Shown piece after piece: positions 35,063 to 39,198 of a stretch of DNA of 39,198 nucleotides (within the stretch, counting starts at the first letter, position 1; the number at the start of each line of letters is the position of its first letter). The notes under the pieces are model-generated. The model ran no database searches. It was given only the letters and a program-made list of their open reading frames with translations, and was not told the DNA's origin. The translations under genes and the position numbers were made by a program. The stretch is from a virus. Its lineage: Duplodnaviria > Heunggongvirae > Uroviricota > Caudoviricetes. The stretch lies in IMG/VR virus record IMGVR_UViG_2531839622_000028. The stretch is one strand, 5' to 3'.

Positions 35063-35991
35063 ACCTGTGAGAGTAATTCAGGGTTGGTATAAACCTCTTT
35101 AAAGGCCGCATTAATATGTTTTTCTGTCAGCGCCGCGCCTTCACCGCTGGCGGTGAGCCACGCCTGGTTAAGCGTATGTGTCAGAACGCGTAACGCTCCC
35201 GGCTTTTCAGCGATAGCCTGCATGACGGCCAGCTCGGCCTCACCACTGATCCCCCACGCCCTGGCAATGGCCAGCACATCCGCCTTTTTGGCCTTGCGAA
35301 GTTGTTTTGTACGGGCAAGACGGCTGAACAGGCGCGATAAATCATCAAAGGCGCGGCGTCCACCTTTAAACAATCCGCGCGGGTTACCAATAAGCACCAT
35401 CCCGATCCCCGTGGCGTCCTGAATTGCCCGGAGTTGCTCCAGACCGTCAATACCAAGATGATCCGCCTCATCCACAATCACCAGTCCACGCGTTCCCATC
35501 AGGCGACGGCGGATGGCGCGGGATAATGCCCCTTTGTTCGCGCGGGTGTAATCAATCCCCAGCGCATCGGCCAGCTCCAGCAGACACTCCGTGACGCTGG
35601 AGTGCGCGGGTGACAGGGTGATCATCCAGGTGTTTGGTTGCTCCTGGCAGTAATTACGGGCAGTGGCCGTTTTACCCACACCCGGTACGCCCACAATAAC
35701 GTTAATACAGCCCATCAGACGAACCGCCTGAAACAGTGCGCGCAGCTCCTGGACTGTCTGCGTTTCCACAAACTGCGGCGGTTCCGGCAGTGCGCTTTGT
35801 TTATTCCAGTTCTCATACCAGGAACGCAGGGAAGCAGCCACAGCAGCGTTATCGCCTTTATATTTTCCCTTACGGAAAGCCGATAATGTGCCGTCGGAAA
35901 TTCCCGCCTCTCTGGCGATGGCATACTGCGTCAGTACGCCGCCATCAATAAGTTCATCAATGGTCTTGATTACATCGTTAATATCAGTCAT
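35059..35991 (-). CDS. B: Transposition ATPase (MuB-like, AAA+)
   Basis: 310-aa ORF; N-terminal HTH-like region, Walker A GVPGVGKT, Walker B-like LVIVDEADHL; downstream of transposase. Confidence 0.9.
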   Translation of the reverse strand: MTDINDVIKTIDELIDGGVLTQYAIAREAGISDGTLSAFRKGKYKGDNAAVAASLRSWYENWNKQSALPEPPQFVETQTVQELRALFQAVRLMGCINVIVGVPGVGKTATARNYCQEQPNTWMITLSPAHSSVTECLLELADALGIDYTRANKGALSRAIRRRLMGTRGLVIVDEADHLGIDGLEQLRAIQDATGIGMVLIGNPRGLFKGGRRAFDDLSRLFSRLARTKQLRKAKKADVLAIARAWGISGEAELAVMQAIAEKPGALRVLTHTLNQAWLTASGEGAALTEKHINAAFKEVYTNPELLSQV

Positions 35992-36062
35992 ATTATTAAC
36001 CTCTCATTTGATACCTTGTTTAATCAAATAACCTGAGTCGCCGCTCGGGTTATTTTTTTATT

Positions 36063-38153
36063 TCAGGCCAGCGGGTCATTTTCTTTTAATTTCGCTTCCA
36101 GCAACTGCAATCCCCGCTGGAAATTACGCTCGTATTCTTCATCAGGTTCATCGTCAGCGACCGGTTGCTGAACGGTCACCGTATTACCCACAGGGCGGTA
36201 TATGTTTTCCAGCCAGGGCTCCTGCGGCTTGTGCTCCAGCACGTTGACAACCTCATCCTCGGCATCACGGATTTTTTCCTCTGCGCGTTTACGCATGCCT
36301 TTAAGGCGTTGCTGCTGTTTGTAGTATTCCGCGCTAACCGGGAAGGCTTCGCGTTTATTACCGTCCCATACCGCCTCGCAAATCACGCTGCCATCCAGGC
36401 GACGTACGGTAATTCGTTCGGCATCATGAATGTCATAGCTGATAAGCACCTTACGACCATGCTCGTCACGCAGCTCGGGCGCGTAGTAAATATTATTCAG
36501 CCAGCGTATTTCACAGCGTCTTACAGGGCGTTCCACCATCGGCCGGAACATATCCCGCAGCTCAACATCGGACAGCCATTCAATTTCCGTGTCCTCTTCC
36601 GCCAGGCGTTTTTTTCTGAACTCCGCCGGGCTGTAATGCTTGCCGTTCGGCTTCACCGGTAATTCATCGTGCGGCCGGTTGTTGTACCACTCAACACCGT
36701 CACGAATGGCATCAATCAGTTCAGACCAGGACGGTAAATCACGCATCGCTGACTGCTGCCGGGCGTTCAGCCGTTTGCCCTGTTGCAGGGCAGTAAATGC
36801 CGAGCGTAAATCGCGGTTGGTTTTGCGTAACGTCTCGCGATCTGCACCTTTCCCGAAATAGGTGCGGTATTTACGGGCTATGCGCATCGGTAATGTGCGG
36901 TTAAGCCGTTCGATAATGCCTCGTCCCTGCGGATTACCGGCAATCCCGGTCGGGTGATTAATCCCCAGTCGCGGCAGTATCCCCACAACCTCCTTATCCA
37001 GGATGTCGGCGGTTTCCCCGGAGCCGTTATCCGAGTAATACAGAAACGGTTTGCCGTGATGGCGAATGCCGTGCTGTATGGCACCGGCTACGGCGAAAAC
37101 ATTTTCAGCCAGGTCAAGGCTCCAGCCCACCACAAAGCGCGTGCCACCGTCGATAACAAAGGTCACTTCCGGTGCAAATGGCCGACCGTGAACCGGGTGT
37201 GCGCATTTCAGCTTCATGCCGTGACCGTCACCAATCCAGACATAATTCACCGGCATTCTGGACCAGTCGCGGCGCGTGAATCCCTCAAGCTGGCGGTATT
37301 CACTGCCGGTCACCCGGCCTTTTTGTTTCACCACTTCCGGCAGTTTCTTCATTGCGCGGCGAATGGTGTCATAAGACGGCATGATATCGAGCATATAAGG
37401 CTCATCAGCGTGCCGGTGCTGCCATTCAGCGACAAAATCCTCGTAAGCCTCGGTCATTGGTCGGCCGTTTGACTGGCGATACTGCGCCAGAAATTCGGGC
37501 AGCCAGTTAATATCTTCGGCTTTTATTTCCTGGCGCTTACCCGGTGCCAGTAAAAGCAGGCGTTCAGCGGCGTTCTGCGCCTTGTTAAAGGCCGCAATCC
37601 AGCGTTTCAGCGTTATTTCACTCAACGCACGGCTGTTTCCCTTTTTGGCGTTCGCCGTCTCAACCATTGCCACAATGCGCTCGTCCAGTTGCGAACGTGC
37701 CAGGTTGTCAACGATAAACCGGATAGCTTTCGCACAGCTGAAACCGGGTTGTTGCGCGACTTTCATCACTTCGCTGACGATCGCAATTCGTGCATCAGCC
37801 ACCTGGCGCTGGTTTTCAGTCAGGGCATTAAGGCGTTCAACCATCAGTTGTGGTGATCCGCGATATGCCTCCACCGCATCAACCACGGCAGGCGAGCGTC
37901 TGGCCTTTGTCACCACCGGAGCCGGTGATTCATCAGCTTTTTGCGTCATCAGTTGAAGGGCATAACGTTCACGCAATACTTGTTGCGCGCCAGAAGGCAA
38001 ACAATCGATATTAAATTCGATTGCTTTTGTCCCCTTACGTTTGCGTAACATGGCTGCATTTCCCGCAGCTGCTTTTGTGAGTCGATGGCGAATGTTATGT
38101 TCCATCATTGGTAAATCAGGAAGACCAACACATTCTTTTGCTGTTACCCACAT
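36063..38153 (-). CDS. A: DDE transposase (MuA-like)
   Basis: 696-aa ORF; N-terminus MWVTAKECVGLPDLP... resembles the MuA DNA-binding domain as recalled; acidic C-terminal tail; follows ner. Confidence 0.9.
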   Translation of the reverse strand: MWVTAKECVGLPDLPMMEHNIRHRLTKAAAGNAAMLRKRKGTKAIEFNIDCLPSGAQQVLRERYALQLMTQKADESPAPVVTKARRSPAVVDAVEAYRGSPQLMVERLNALTENQRQVADARIAIVSEVMKVAQQPGFSCAKAIRFIVDNLARSQLDERIVAMVETANAKKGNSRALSEITLKRWIAAFNKAQNAAERLLLLAPGKRQEIKAEDINWLPEFLAQYRQSNGRPMTEAYEDFVAEWQHRHADEPYMLDIMPSYDTIRRAMKKLPEVVKQKGRVTGSEYRQLEGFTRRDWSRMPVNYVWIGDGHGMKLKCAHPVHGRPFAPEVTFVIDGGTRFVVGWSLDLAENVFAVAGAIQHGIRHHGKPFLYYSDNGSGETADILDKEVVGILPRLGINHPTGIAGNPQGRGIIERLNRTLPMRIARKYRTYFGKGADRETLRKTNRDLRSAFTALQQGKRLNARQQSAMRDLPSWSELIDAIRDGVEWYNNRPHDELPVKPNGKHYSPAEFRKKRLAEEDTEIEWLSDVELRDMFRPMVERPVRRCEIRWLNNIYYAPELRDEHGRKVLISYDIHDAERITVRRLDGSVICEAVWDGNKREAFPVSAEYYKQQQRLKGMRKRAEEKIRDAEDEVVNVLEHKPQEPWLENIYRPVGNTVTVQQPVADDEPDEEYERNFQRGLQLLEAKLKENDPLA

Positions 38154-38163
38154 ACATCCCCCA

Positions 38164-38430
38164 TCAAGCCACTTCTCTGGCGTCCACCTGGTATCTGCTG
38201 GGCCAGATTACAGCAGGTTCAACCCCTATTTTTTCGGCGATGGCGGCTTCGTATTTACGGCACTGGCGGTAAAACACATTGCGCATTGATCCGCTTTTTA
38301 ATCCTAACTCCCTTTCCAGTTCAGGGAGGTCTGTGCCTTTGTTTTCAAGGGCTGCATATACCGCTTTAGCAGACCAGTCACACCCCTCTCGAACAAACAA
38401 ATTATTCGATGCTTGTCTGGATACCCTCAT
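38164..38430 (-). CDS. ner: Ner-like DNA-binding protein (Nlp/Ner family)
   Basis: 88-aa ORF; C-terminal VIWPSRYQ motif and HTH region match Ner; GAGAGGA upstream; first gene of the early operon. Confidence 0.8.
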   Translation of the reverse strand: MRVSRQASNNLFVREGCDWSAKAVYAALENKGTDLPELERELGLKSGSMRNVFYRQCRKYEAAIAEKIGVEPAVIWPSRYQVDAREVA

Positions 38431-38586
38431 TGTGTGATCCTCTCATGTTTACCTGAACCGATAATCAAAACCGGTTATCGATTTAGGTAAATCATAATCG
38501 CAAAATAATTCGATATCAACGGTTTTTTGCGAGCATATCGAAATTAAATGCGATGTCGATAATTTCTTTGTTTTATAGGGGGTTAT
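38431..38586. promoter_or_regulatory. Divergent immunity/early control region with repeated CGATA-core operator-like motifs
   Basis: AT-rich spacer between divergent ner and repressor genes; CGATAA/TATCGA-type motifs at about 38459, 38476, 38511, 38536 and 38556. Confidence 0.5.
38491..38519 (-). promoter_or_regulatory. Candidate early promoter (Pe-like): -35 TTGATA, 17-bp spacer, -10 TATGAT on the minus strand
   Basis: Hexamers read on the reverse complement (-35 at 38519-38514, -10 at 38496-38491); about 50 nt upstream of the ner RBS; overlaps the operator-like repeats. Confidence 0.35.
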
Positions 38587-39198
38587 ATGGATAAGGCAGA
38601 AAAAACCGTATCCAGTGCGGAACGGTTTATTGATATGGAAGGAATAAACCGATTTTCAGAACGCTTAGCTATGGCTATGGGAAACATGACAAACGTCGAA
38701 CTGGCGACCCTTTGTGGACTATCTGAAGCCACAGTAAGAAATTACAGGAAGGGGAAAAACTTCCCTCCTTTGGATAAACTGGCCTTAATAGCTAAAGCCT
38801 GTAATTGTTCACTCGAATGGTTGGCCACAGGCAAGAACGAAGATGAATGCGGAAAAATCGAAAACAATTGCGATTCAGGTTCGGGTATTGATCAGGCGCT
38901 TAGCTCTCTAAGCCCCCAAGAGAAGCAATTAATCCTTACATTCATCAGGCGAGAAGGTACTAATAACCTTGTCAGGCTGGCAGCAATGAATACATCTACA
39001 ATCAGCCAGGATGCGGTAGAAAGCATCATTGATGCCTTGCCATTACGTCCCGTACTAAAAAATGCAATAAAGATAGGAATGGCGGGAAGTGAAGAAACAG
39101 ACAAAGAGATTTTGCGCGTTATTGAGAAGTACAACTCGAGCAATAACGCCACCCAGGAATCAGGGGCAGTGACAGTAAAGAAAAATGTTGTTGGTTAA
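38587..39198 (+). CDS. Prophage repressor with N-terminal XRE/Cro-C1-type HTH
   Basis: 203-aa ORF divergent from ner; HTH NVELATLCGLSEATVRNYRKGKNFPPLDKLALIAKACNCSLEWLATG; AGGGGG RBS; no obvious S24 peptidase motif. Confidence 0.75.
   Translation: MDKAEKTVSSAERFIDMEGINRFSERLAMAMGNMTNVELATLCGLSEATVRNYRKGKNFPPLDKLALIAKACNCSLEWLATGKNEDECGKIENNCDSGSGIDQALSSLSPQEKQLILTFIRREGTNNLVRLAAMNTSTISQDAVESIIDALPLRPVLKNAIKIGMAGSEETDKEILRVIEKYNSSNNATQESGAVTVKKNVVG

Larger units (their letters stand above)
720..39198 (-). mobile_element. Mu-like transposable prophage, near complete; mom-proximal end at roughly 690-760, repressor-proximal end beyond the window
   Basis: Mu-like gene order from c/ner/A/B through gam, Mor/C, lysis, terminase, portal, head, tail, invertible fibre segment, gin to com/mom; no tyrosine integrase; host ydjM immediately outside. 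Exact terminus not resolved. Confidence 0.8.

Noticed and set aside
1-39198. Tyrosine/serine integrase with an att site, tRNA genes, CRISPR arrays
   Set aside because: None seen by eye; the DDE transposase plus MuB ATPase and terminal repeats fit a transposable phage, and Gin is an invertase not an integrase. A tRNA scan was not run

Overview
The window is almost entirely a near-complete Mu-like transposable prophage in reverse orientation (late and early genes on the minus strand, repressor on the plus strand). All family assignments below are from reading the translations and gene order; no database search was run. The phage's mom-proximal end abuts an intact host gene, ydjM (1-591), with the junction somewhere around 690-760; the repressor-proximal end lies beyond 39198. 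Gene order follows Mu: c repressor, ner, transposase A and B, a block of small early genes including gam and gemA, one Mor/C-type activator, SAR endolysin and spanins, terminase, portal, head genes, contractile tail and baseplate, tail fibre with a Gin-invertible segment, gin, then com/mom. The parts that depart from the Mu backbone are the most interesting: (1) a cargo block between gin and com/mom carrying a 682-aa SASA/SGNH-type esterase (NanS-p-like) plus three small uncharacterised genes; (2) an AT-rich, translationally coupled run of small genes in the early region, two of them membrane proteins; (3) an invertible tail-fibre segment with only one tail-fibre assembly gene; (4) tandem paralogous small genes next to gam; (5) an XRE-type repressor rather than a Mu c-type one. 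No tRNA, rRNA, CRISPR array or tyrosine integrase was seen.
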